A DNA stretch of 55,154 nt from Candidatus Kaiserbacteria bacterium (GTDB taxonomy: Bacteria > Patescibacteriota > Minisyncoccia > Phycocordibacterales > UBA918). The notes beneath the pieces are model-generated. The model was not told where the DNA came from. It was given only the letters and a program-made list of their open reading frames with translations, and searched no databases. This document shows positions 18,657-26,462 of the stretch, one piece after another. The stretch covers positions 1 to 55,154 of the forward strand of contig JAYSTK010000171.1 in the NCBI GenBank assembly GCA_043719825.1, written 5' to 3'. Positions within the stretch are counted from its first letter, which is position 1, and every line of letters starts with the position of its first letter. Both the position numbers and the translations under genes were made by a program.

Positions 18657-18917
18657 ATGAAAAAAACCAAACGCCTCTTTGGCATTAAAATCCATTGTGC
18701 TCAGTGTCTCGCTTTTTTGTTCAAGTACGAAAAGGAGGGCCCTGGCTCATTGGTAAAATGCTTCACGAGCAATATCAGCGAGGATGCCACAAAAGGCGAC
18801 GGGGTTTGTGCCTCATGTGTTACGCAGTTTGCTCGTGACGGGAAGATTGGCAATCGTCCCATCCTCAAGATAATCCAAGGTCGTGTAAACGTGAAGGGTA
18901 ACACCGGAAAGAAATAG
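18657..18917 (+). CDS. small Zn-ribbon-like protein, unknown function
   Basis: CAQC ... CASC cysteine pairs. Starts 2 nt after the preceding stop. Same GC-rich composition as the two upstream genes. Confidence 0.5.
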   Translation: MKKTKRLFGIKIHCAQCLAFLFKYEKEGPGSLVKCFTSNISEDATKGDGVCASCVTQFARDGKIGNRPILKIIQGRVNVKGNTGKK

Positions 18918-18957
18918 CAACATTGGAATTAGCCATCCCTTGCAACAGGGGTGGTTT

Positions 18958-19572
18958 TTATATACCAAACGCATTTTTAAAATATGTCTCTGACTCCACA
19001 TTGGCATCAAAAATGATGTTCGCTTCTTTATTCAACAACTCTATATACGCAAAGTATTCTGCGTCGGAATATGTAGTCAGATTTAATTCGTCTAGAACCT
19101 CTTTGAGTGAAGACTGTGCTTTTTCAGTTCCTTCTGTTTCAGATAATTCGATTTCCGCTTCAAAAAAATATGAATGCCCCGGCACTTCTACCATCGCAAT
19201 TTCTACACCATGATATGTGTACACATTTATATTGCGTACACATAACACTCCCTTACTAAGACCAAGTAATTTATATACCTGCACTAACGTATCAAACGGA
19301 TCGTTTGTCTTGAGGCTGTATTCACGACGAACATCACTACCGCCCCACGCACCAGTCTTTAAAATAATTTCAGAAAGTTTATTCGTATTTCGTAAACGAA
19401 TATCTAGTTTACGACCTTCAATCCCCTGCTCTGGTAAACATGTACTGTAATCAATCAATATTCGCTCTTTTCTTTGAATAAACTCCCCATTTTTAAGTAT
19501 TTTTTCTATTAGAGCAGGAATATATAACTTATCCAGTAATCCTCTCATCTCGATTTCAATAGTTTTTGACAT
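18958..19572 (-). CDS. CYTH domain protein (CyaB/triphosphate tunnel metalloenzyme-like)
   Basis: N-terminal IEIEMRG (ExExK-like), central DIRLR and LKTG, C-terminal GHSYFFEAEIEL, typical of CYTH. Composition is AT-rich, like the host backbone. Confidence 0.65.
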   Translation of the reverse strand: MSKTIEIEMRGLLDKLYIPALIEKILKNGEFIQRKERILIDYSTCLPEQGIEGRKLDIRLRNTNKLSEIILKTGAWGGSDVRREYSLKTNDPFDTLVQVYKLLGLSKGVLCVRNINVYTYHGVEIAMVEVPGHSYFFEAEIELSETEGTEKAQSSLKEVLDELNLTTYSDAEYFAYIELLNKEANIIFDANVESETYFKNAFGI

Positions 19573-19605
19573 ACAGGTATTCTTAACGTCCCTAAGGGAT
19601 CTTTT

Positions 19606-19728
19606 TTAAAGATGACTCGCATACTCTTTATATGAATCGACAAAGGGTTTTAATGCTCCAAAATAATTGCCAATATGGAGCGTTCCTGAAGGTTGTAGGC
19701 CGGTAAGGAGGCGTTTTTTATTACTCAT
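19606..19728 (-). pseudogene. truncated diverged duplicate of the trpS 5' end (first 40 codons, then a stop)
   Basis: Encodes MSNKKRLLTGLQPSGTLHIGNYFGALKPFVDSYKEYASHL*. By hand count, 32 of 40 residues match the trpS N-terminus. A 30-nt run spanning the start codon (19712-19741) is identical to 16788-16817. Confidence 0.85.
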
Positions 19729-19765
19729 ACTATGAATACTAGCAAACATCAGTGAATCAAGAAAG

Positions 19766-20011
19766 TTATTTTGGATGTTTGATGATAGAAATAATAATGT
19801 AATGAGGTTCAACAATATAGAAGTAGAAACGCCAATTTCTATCAATGCGTGCCTGCCATAGATCGTCGTCACCTTTGTACTTTTTTGCGTGAAGTGATGG
19901 ATGACGAACATCATTCATAAGGTACTCAAATTGCTTGTCAGCTTGTTTTTGAAGTGTTGAGGTAAGTTTTTGGTATTGTCGTATTGCTACTTCTGTCAAC
20001 TTAACTCGCAT
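19766..20011 (-). CDS. RelE/ParE-family type II toxin
   Basis: 81 aa, with the pattern HPSLHAKKYKGDDDLWQARIDRNWRFYFYIV...IISIIKHPK typical of the RelE/ParE fold. Overlaps the upstream antitoxin gene by 11 nt. Confidence 0.7.
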   Translation of the reverse strand: MRVKLTEVAIRQYQKLTSTLQKQADKQFEYLMNDVRHPSLHAKKYKGDDDLWQARIDRNWRFYFYIVEPHYIIISIIKHPK

Positions 20012-20261
20012 CGTATTCTTTTATCTTTTTCTTGAATTCATTGGTAGAGCCAAATTCTATGTATCTTCCCGCTTTAATATCCTCAAGTGACTTCTTTATG
20101 TCGCGCATAAGAGGAGCGTCTCTTTCTACTCCACGTTCAAGAATAATTTGATTATCTTTTTGTGAGACAAAAAGAACCTCGCCTTCTTTAAGGTCGAGAG
20201 ATTCACGTATTTTCTTCGGAAGTGTCAGTGTGCCTCGTTGTTGAATGCGTATAGTGTTCAT
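20001..20261 (-). CDS. AbrB/SpoVT/MazE-type antitoxin
   Basis: N-terminal looped-hinge-helix pattern IRIQQRGTLTLPKKIRESLDLKEGEVLFV. 86 aa. Lies upstream of and overlaps the toxin gene. Confidence 0.7.
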   Translation of the reverse strand: MNTIRIQQRGTLTLPKKIRESLDLKEGEVLFVSQKDNQIILERGVERDAPLMRDIKKSLEDIKAGRYIEFGSTNEFKKKIKEYDAS

Positions 20262-20318
20262 GTGCTATATAATATCATAATACTGAAAATCTGCAAATCT
20301 GTATTTCAGGAAATAACG

Positions 20319-20510
20319 TTATCGATTTCGTATTAGAAAGAGTGTGGTTGCAGCAATTGCACCCAGAGTGTCGGCGAGCATGTCTTTCTGAGCATCCTAT
20401 ATGTCACCCTGGCTTCCAAGATACGATGCTCCAGCTTCTGGTGCAGCACTTGCAATGTATACCCATTCAATGAGTTCGTAGCTCATAGCGATTGTTGTAA
20501 TAGCAAATAC
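20319..20510 (-). pseudogene. remnant of a DUF2238 (YjdF-like) membrane protein gene with an in-frame stop
   Basis: Minus-strand translation gives ...AITTIAMSYELIEWVYIASAAPEAGASYLGSQGDI*DAQKDMLADTLGAIAATTLFLIRNR*. The ELIEW...GxQGDxWDxQxDM pattern matches DUF2238 as I recall it. TAG sits where the conserved Trp (TGG) is expected. No N-terminal part is present. Confidence 0.45.
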
Positions 20511-20529
20511 GGGATATTAAAAGAGAAGC

Positions 20530-20889
20530 TCACTCAATAACAAGTTTTGATTGAGTACGGTCAAGAACACTATTTATCTGTTCATTCGTAAGATCTGCAA
20601 ACGATAGTTTTGGATCGCAGTAGTGTCTTCCAGTTCGAATTTTTCCATTTTGGAGTTCAAGTACTATGACTTGTGGAGTTCGGTACACTTTTCCCGTATC
20701 AGGATCTGGATAACTTTCAATCATTTCTACCATTACCACGTCTTCACTTTCAATTATATTTCGAATGTCGTACCGACGACCACGGATTACGTACACCTCT
20801 TCAAGTTCAGATTCAAGATGTGGTGTTGTCTTTGGAAAGAATTCGTCACCTTTCTGGTACATCCAGGTCATAGTGTAATCCTCAGACAT
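20530..20889 (-). CDS. SnoaL/NTF2-like fold protein (hypothetical)
   Basis: 119 aa. C-terminal VIVLELQNGKIRTGRHYCDP resembles the dGKI...y.D end of SnoaL-like proteins. This is a weak call. Confidence 0.45.
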   Translation of the reverse strand: MSEDYTMTWMYQKGDEFFPKTTPHLESELEEVYVIRGRRYDIRNIIESEDVVMVEMIESYPDPDTGKVYRTPQVIVLELQNGKIRTGRHYCDPKLSFADLTNEQINSVLDRTQSKLVIE

Positions 20890-20993
20890 CTTTTCAAGTG
20901 CAGATGCGACATCACCGTCAACCTCATTTTTAGAATACCTAGAACTATTTCAACATTTTTACTTTGAGCCATATGATCGAATTATTTGGCTTT

Positions 20994-21065
20994 TCAACTT
21001 AGGAGTGAAAATTCAATATTGAAGGTAGAGCCTAGACCTTCTGATTTTGGAATGACTTTTCCTTT
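20994..21065 (-). pseudogene. remnant of a histidine kinase 3' end
   Basis: Minus strand encodes KGKVIPKSEGLGSTFNIEFSLLS*. Compare the end of the intact kinase at 22807: GGRVWAESEGEGQGSTFNIEFPLI*. The nucleotide match GAAAATTCAATATTGAAGGTAGAGCC...GACCTTCT is clear by eye. Confidence 0.55.
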
Positions 21066-21096
21066 AATTTAATCCACCATTTATCATTTTATAACT

Positions 21097-21567
21097 TTAA
21101 TTTTTGCAATATTTAGTAACAAAGTCCTGTGCTCCTTTAATATTAGCAGTTGTACCATTCCGAACAGGAAGAGAACTTTTACCATTTAAAATATTTTGAA
21201 AATCCATACAGGACTCGTCAATGTATTCTCGGTATACTTCATAGGCACTATGCATAAGAGTAATTGCATCGTTTGAACAGCCAGAATTTGCAATATCACT
21301 TTTTTCACTTTTAAATGGTATAAGTACGCTTAAATAATCATCATTAATGTCACTTACTGATACAGTATTTTCATCTATATCAATGACTATGCGCTTTTCC
21401 TCAGCTTTAGGATTGCTATAGTTTTTGCAATTACTTTTTAATTCTTGGTCAATCTGGAAGCCTAATACCCATGGACCCATTGCGAATGCTAGCAAAATAG
21501 CTGTCGCAAGACCAAGGAAACAGGCTATCAGCTTTTGGAGAGTAACGTGTGAAATAAATTTTCTCAT
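21097..21567 (-). CDS. membrane-anchored hypothetical protein, paralog of 22249..22668
   Basis: I set the start at MRKFISH to avoid overlap with the upstream gene. N-terminal TM. Shares the SGCS...EVY.EY motif with the 22249 protein (IANSGCSNDAITLMHSAYEVYREY vs FSGCSPEIQEKMLEINEIAKEVYGEEY). Confidence 0.55.
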   Translation of the reverse strand: MRKFISHVTLQKLIACFLGLATAILLAFAMGPWVLGFQIDQELKSNCKNYSNPKAEEKRIVIDIDENTVSVSDINDDYLSVLIPFKSEKSDIANSGCSNDAITLMHSAYEVYREYIDESCMDFQNILNGKSSLPVRNGTTANIKGAQDFVTKYCKN

Positions 21568-21586
21568 GTAAATATTAATCAAAGAA

Positions 21587-22231
21587 TTAGTAAACGGCAT
21601 TGATACCATTTCTGTCAGTTGACTGATAGCCAGTAATTTGTGTCCATCTCCCACTATTGCACCCAAGAGTCCCATCATTCATTATTGAATCAGCAGAGCA
21701 GTGATGAGCAAGTCCAAGTGAGTGCCCAGTTTCATGCATAATAAGTCTCTGTCGACTTAAAGAAGAAGCATTGTTCCACCATGCCAAGCTAATCTTAATC
21801 TGTGACCGAACTCCGCATGGGTATGTCTGCTGCCAAAAAGTGCAGTACGAAGAAGTATTTTTAATATCAAAGTTTTCTCCTGGTGTTGGGTGTGTGCTTA
21901 CATAGCTTAATTTAATATCAGTGTTGTAACTCCATGTGCCAGAACAATTGTACTGTGACATTTTTATGCCATTTTTCCAGTCAGACATTTCGGTCGTACC
22001 TGTAGTTGAAGTTTTAATTTTTGAAAACGCACTCGTTTCTGCTGAGTTACAATTTGTAGAAGACACATAAAGCAACCCTGAATACCCGGATTTGACACTC
22101 ATCCATAAATGACCAACCGATGGGAAAGTTCCCTTTGTGTGTGATGCGTTTGCGAAATATGTCGAAGTTACCAAAAGAATAGTAAACGTCCCTGTAAACA
22201 CTATATACTGTCCAATAAAATTATTTGTCAT
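21587..22231 (-). CDS. secreted zinc metalloprotease, metzincin-type (snapalysin/matrixin-like)
   Basis: HETGHSLGLAHH (HExxHxxGxxH) followed by SIMND (Met-turn candidate). Hydrophobic N-terminal signal-like segment. Confidence 0.8.
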   Translation of the reverse strand: MTNNFIGQYIVFTGTFTILLVTSTYFANASHTKGTFPSVGHLWMSVKSGYSGLLYVSSTNCNSAETSAFSKIKTSTTGTTEMSDWKNGIKMSQYNCSGTWSYNTDIKLSYVSTHPTPGENFDIKNTSSYCTFWQQTYPCGVRSQIKISLAWWNNASSLSRQRLIMHETGHSLGLAHHCSADSIMNDGTLGCNSGRWTQITGYQSTDRNGINAVY

Positions 22232-22248
22232 GTTTATTTTTAATATTC

Positions 22249-22668
22249 CTATCTATTAAATAACAAATCATATTCTTCACCGTATACTTCTTTTGCTATC
22301 TCATTAATTTCTAGCATTTTTTCCTGTATTTCCGGTGAACACCCAGAAAAACCTGACTTGGGTTCAAAGGGTAAAGTGGCAGAGGCATTTTCACCACTTG
22401 TGTCAGACCAAAAAAAGGTTACTGTTCCATCTAAATTGAATGTTGAATCATCTATCTGTGAGACCGAGACTGGCAAGGTACAAGTAAAAGATGCCGTATT
22501 TTTCTCGGGTATGCCGACGTGTATAGGTGTAACATTAACAGAATTTTCATTCTGCACATCACTTACTTGCTTGACCAAGACTTGATAACCAAGGGTAATA
22601 AAAATAGCAACCAAAAAGAGTAAAACGAGGATGACAAAACTTTGTTTTTTCATACCAATCAACTTCAT
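22249..22668 (-). CDS. membrane-anchored hypothetical protein, paralog of 21097..21567
   Basis: N-terminal TM (FVILVLLFLVAIFITLGY). Carries the shared SGCS/EVY motif. Confidence 0.55.
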   Translation of the reverse strand: MKLIGMKKQSFVILVLLFLVAIFITLGYQVLVKQVSDVQNENSVNVTPIHVGIPEKNTASFTCTLPVSVSQIDDSTFNLDGTVTFFWSDTSGENASATLPFEPKSGFSGCSPEIQEKMLEINEIAKEVYGEEYDLLFNR

Positions 22669-22806
22669 TATGCAGAATACATTGAAAAATGCAATTACAA
22701 TGTTTAACTCTTATGTTTACTATTCAAGAAAACTACTAATTTACATGAACAAAAAAACTAGATATCAGTAATAATTCAATACCTTGCGAACACCTTTGCC
22801 TCATTT

Positions 22807-24471
22807 TTAAATAAGTGGAAATTCAATATTGAATGTAGAGCCCTGACCTTCTCCTTCTGACTCTGCCCACACTCGACCACCCATATCGGTGACCATTTTC
22901 TTCGCGACGAAAAGACCAAGACCAGTACCCGTGACATTCACGTTGTTCGCGTTCTTTGCACGAACAAATTTTTCAAATACTTCACCTTGCGTGTCCTTGC
23001 TCATGCCCACGCCCGTATCTTGGATCGTAATATACATTTTCTTCTTTTTTATATCGTCATGCGCGACTACCGTAATAGTTCCCTTCGGAGTGTATTTCAT
23101 TGAGTTATCAATGAGATTCATAATAACTTGACGTACTTTCCCGATATCAGCATGCACAAGGCATCCAGCGTCACAATCTGAGCGGAATACCATAACGAGA
23201 CCCTTTTTTAAAGCAACAGAACGAAGTTCGTCTGTAATTTTTTCTGCAACCTCCTTTAAACTAAAATCACTCATCTCATATTTCATGTTCCCTGCTTCGA
23301 TTCGTGACACATTGAGATAATCTTCAACTGAGAGCGCCATGTATTTTGATGATTCTGCAATGCGTTCAGCCACTTCCTGTGCCTTTGCAGTCAATTTCCC
23401 ATATGAACCCTCAGCAAGCATTGATGCATATCCGCGGATTGAGGTAAGTGGACTTCGAAGCTGGTGTGACGCGATAGATACAAACTCAGACTTCATTTTA
23501 TCAAGCACTTTAAGTTTTTCGTTTGCCTTCTGCAGACTCTCTACGAGATGTTCAATTTGCTCTCGTTGTTTTACTTCCTTGTTTACACTTCGTACAAGGA
23601 AATAACCACCGATACATGCAAGGAAAAATGTTATTCCAACCAATATTTGGTTAGTCGTTGACTCGACAAAGAAAAACTCTGAACCAATGAGAAGAATTAG
23701 TGAAGCAACAAGTGCTTGAGCAGCAAGTAGTTTTATATTGAATGCTTTAAATTTCACAATTGAGTATGACAAAAGTGCTAAAAATAGAAGCATTCCGACA
23801 GGACCTACTAGGTTAATTTCGTATTCGCCTGAATGTAGAGCAAGATATTCTGAAAAAGAAAGGAAAATAAGAAAACAAGAACATGCCGCTAGTAAAAATA
23901 GATGTGCTAGTTTCTCCGCTCTTACATTAGGTTTTAATGTAACCCGAACAGCTTTGTATACACACCAAAGTATGGAAAGACCAGCAAGAAAATAAACGTA
24001 CGTTATAAGAGGTCCACTGATAGCTTCGCAATAATCTAGATCGAAAGATTGAATATTTAAAGATGTGGGTAAAAGTAAAATCACCGGTAAAGACAAAAGA
24101 AACGTAAAAAAATTATATTTAAAAGGAACTGATTTTTTTTCAATATATAAATAAGCAAAGTAAACAATAGCTATTATGATTAATAATCGTAGAAGTGGAA
24201 CGAGTGCCCAACCAAATGTAACAACCGCAGCTGGTATTGCAATCCAAAGTATAATTTCATTAATAATTGAGACTGCAAATAAAACAGTTATTAAAAAAAG
24301 TGCCCGTGAGCGTGATGAATATTTATCTTGAAATAGAATAAAAATACCAATGATTAATGCTGTAATTGCAATAGGGATATACGAGTAGAATAGAAGTGGC
24401 GGAGCTACACCGATATCAAATATCCCCAAGAGTGTTGGGTAGGTGTCAGTACACATGAGTAAATCAGACAT
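22807..24471 (-). CDS. sensor histidine kinase with large polytopic N-terminal domain (no adjacent response regulator)
   Basis: H-box SHQLRSPLTSIRGY, N-box NLIDNSMKYT, G-boxes QDTGVGM and GTGLGL. The first ~290 aa are hydrophobic. Confidence 0.9.
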   Translation of the reverse strand: MSDLLMCTDTYPTLLGIFDIGVAPPLLFYSYIPIAITALIIGIFILFQDKYSSRSRALFLITVLFAVSIINEIILWIAIPAAVVTFGWALVPLLRLLIIIAIVYFAYLYIEKKSVPFKYNFFTFLLSLPVILLLPTSLNIQSFDLDYCEAISGPLITYVYFLAGLSILWCVYKAVRVTLKPNVRAEKLAHLFLLAACSCFLIFLSFSEYLALHSGEYEINLVGPVGMLLFLALLSYSIVKFKAFNIKLLAAQALVASLILLIGSEFFFVESTTNQILVGITFFLACIGGYFLVRSVNKEVKQREQIEHLVESLQKANEKLKVLDKMKSEFVSIASHQLRSPLTSIRGYASMLAEGSYGKLTAKAQEVAERIAESSKYMALSVEDYLNVSRIEAGNMKYEMSDFSLKEVAEKITDELRSVALKKGLVMVFRSDCDAGCLVHADIGKVRQVIMNLIDNSMKYTPKGTITVVAHDDIKKKKMYITIQDTGVGMSKDTQGEVFEKFVRAKNANNVNVTGTGLGLFVAKKMVTDMGGRVWAESEGEGQGSTFNIEFPLI

Positions 24472-24473
24472 AT

Positions 24474-24608
24474 CTATTCTTCAAAAATTGGCTCGGGTTC
24501 AATAATTTCCAAATCTTCTAATACCATTGTCTTATAATATAACGAACATACAGAAAGTAGGATCATTACAAATGAAAGTATGAAAAGAATTTGAGTTCTT
24601 TTATCCAT
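24474..24608 (-). CDS. possible 44-aa single-TM peptide upstream of the kinase
   Basis: Not in the track (below 60 aa). Encodes MDKRTQILFILSFVMILLSVCSLYYKTMVLEDLEIIEPEPIFEE*. Its stop is 2 nt before the kinase ATG. No homology evidence. Confidence 0.3.
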   Translation of the reverse strand: MDKRTQILFILSFVMILLSVCSLYYKTMVLEDLEIIEPEPIFEE

Positions 24609-24665
24609 GTAAACAATTATATCATCCAAGGTCGTTACTTTTTGTATTGTGAACAGTTATTTAAA

Positions 24666-25958
24666 TTAAACTATCCATCCCCATTTTTTTAGAAGAGGGA
24701 TATCATGCTTATGAACTCGAGTTCCGATATCAGTGCGGTAGATCATTTTTGGGACTTTTAATAACGAAAGAAGTTTATGAATTTTTCTTTGTGCCACAGG
24801 GATGGTTTTTGCTGTAGTGACTACATATCCAAGATAGCCAAATTCACCCGCCCAATAAAGTTGCTCACCTTTTTTCCCTATTTCTTTTGAGACTTCTTCT
24901 AAATAGATCGAGTTACTTTCTTCCTCCGTTAGAGAATGTGTGAAGGACACTATTGTTTTTTTTGAACTTCTTTTTCGAAGGGGTGGATATGGAAAGGGTG
25001 GAACAGCAACTGAAGCTACAATGCCATATGCATTTTTAAATTTCATTTGCGCATTTTTTCCAGTTGCAACCTTGTATAGAAAATCTCCAAATGATGATTC
25101 ATATAGTTCACACTGTAATTGAATGGCCGGGGTACCTAACCTTGGTGTAAGCTCAAGTGGCCAAATATCATTTTGTGTAACAATGCAATTCACATCTATA
25201 TCTCCTTGAAATTGGATTTTTTGCAGAAATGGTGTGATTCGCTTAAGGGTTTTTTCATATAGTGGCAATGTTTCGTCTGTTGAATGCCACATCACAGTCC
25301 CCATTTCAGCAGTTAGTGGACCTTTGTCATCATTTAGCAGTCTTTTATGCTCATGATTAATTTCGATAGGTCCAACCCATTCGCGACCGTTGAAGTAGCG
25401 GGCAATACCTACTTCAATGCCATCCACTTTCTTTTGGAGATGCGCATGAGGAATTTTCAATTTTTTATAGAGTTGTAGCCGTTCAATAACATCGCTTCCA
25501 TCAGTTTTTTCCCCAACAAAATTTAGACTGCTAATATGACTTGTTTGTTTTACTGCCCATTTTCCCTTATTTTCACGAACAAAGTCTATGGCAGCATTGA
25601 TATCTTTAAAATTAAATGAAGGCAAAATCTTTATTCCATAAGTATGAAGAATACGCTGACCATATGCACGATCAAGTTCTAAACGATCTGCTTCCATATT
25701 GCCTCCGAAGACTATATACCCCCTTTTCCGAAGACTTTCTTGAATTTCACCAAAACCTACATCATCAAAAATGATAAGTCCTTCTTTACCAACCCACTTT
25801 AACTCCTTTTTCCAATCAGGTGTTTTATTAATAAAACCAGCAAGGCACTCTTTACGAGCAGGATCATGAATATACAATTTTACATCGTGACCCTCCTTAA
25901 CTAATCTGTGGCATAGACCTGAACCAATAAGTTCATTAGAAATAAACAATACCCTCAT
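24666..25958 (-). CDS. PurD-like ATP-grasp ligase (orphan; no other pur genes nearby)
   Basis: Follows the PurD layout: EHKRLLNDDKGPLTAEMGT (compare DHKR..D.GPNTGGMG), ELTPRLGTPA (compare EFNCRFGDPE), C-terminal RTDIG. Confidence 0.65.
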   Translation of the reverse strand: MRVLFISNELIGSGLCHRLVKEGHDVKLYIHDPARKECLAGFINKTPDWKKELKWVGKEGLIIFDDVGFGEIQESLRKRGYIVFGGNMEADRLELDRAYGQRILHTYGIKILPSFNFKDINAAIDFVRENKGKWAVKQTSHISSLNFVGEKTDGSDVIERLQLYKKLKIPHAHLQKKVDGIEVGIARYFNGREWVGPIEINHEHKRLLNDDKGPLTAEMGTVMWHSTDETLPLYEKTLKRITPFLQKIQFQGDIDVNCIVTQNDIWPLELTPRLGTPAIQLQCELYESSFGDFLYKVATGKNAQMKFKNAYGIVASVAVPPFPYPPLRKRSSKKTIVSFTHSLTEEESNSIYLEEVSKEIGKKGEQLYWAGEFGYLGYVVTTAKTIPVAQRKIHKLLSLLKVPKMIYRTDIGTRVHKHDIPLLKKWGWIV

Positions 25959-25966
25959 AACAAGAA

Positions 25967-26368
25967 TTAATGAATGCTGATACTCGGATAATGAAGCCCT
26001 CTCGGTTGAATATATACTTCAGAGCTTTGAAGCTTAAATTTGTCTTTTAAAAGTGTGACAAATTTTTCAGTGTCAAGATCATTTTGGCAGGTATAAACGT
26101 CGATGGTAATAAAACCACGATCTGGAAATGTATGAAAACTTATATGGCTTTCAGCAATCAGAATAAAACCACTCAGTCCACCTGGGTCTTTACGGTTAAG
26201 TGGGCCTACTTCAATTACTAGTGGCTCACTGATCGTATTCATATTCATCTTAGCGGGAAGTTCTACAAGTAAGTTAGTAAGTACTTCCTTATTTGCGAGA
26301 ATCTCCTTCGGTGAGCCATATCCATCCACCATAAGGTGTACTCCAAATTGTTCTGTCGGTGTTTCCAT
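25967..26368 (-). CDS. class 1b S-adenosylmethionine decarboxylase-fold pyruvoyl enzyme
   Basis: Self-processing motif LIAESHISFHTFPD and downstream DVYTC. 133 aa. Confidence 0.85.
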   Translation of the reverse strand: METPTEQFGVHLMVDGYGSPKEILANKEVLTNLLVELPAKMNMNTISEPLVIEVGPLNRKDPGGLSGFILIAESHISFHTFPDRGFITIDVYTCQNDLDTEKFVTLLKDKFKLQSSEVYIQPRGLHYPSISIH

Positions 26369-26462
26369 AACGAAATGATACCTTATTTTATTATTATAAA
26401 AAGTTTAACAAGTATATAAAAATGGCGCACTGCTGAACAATGCGCCATTTTGGTTACACGCT

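Noticed and set aside
16849-18695. Minus-strand ORFs 16849..17301, 16980..17225, 17684..17890, 18008..18319 and 18366..18695 within the GC-rich cassette
   Set aside because: The GC-rich sequence keeps many frames open. The plus-strand frames carry the P-loop, DHOD and Fe-S motifs, and these minus-strand ORFs carry none.
19729-19914. N-terminal 62 codons of track ORF 19606..19914
   Set aside because: Only the last 40 codons resemble TrpRS. The upstream part reads through the duplicated trpS upstream region and the end of the toxin gene in another frame.
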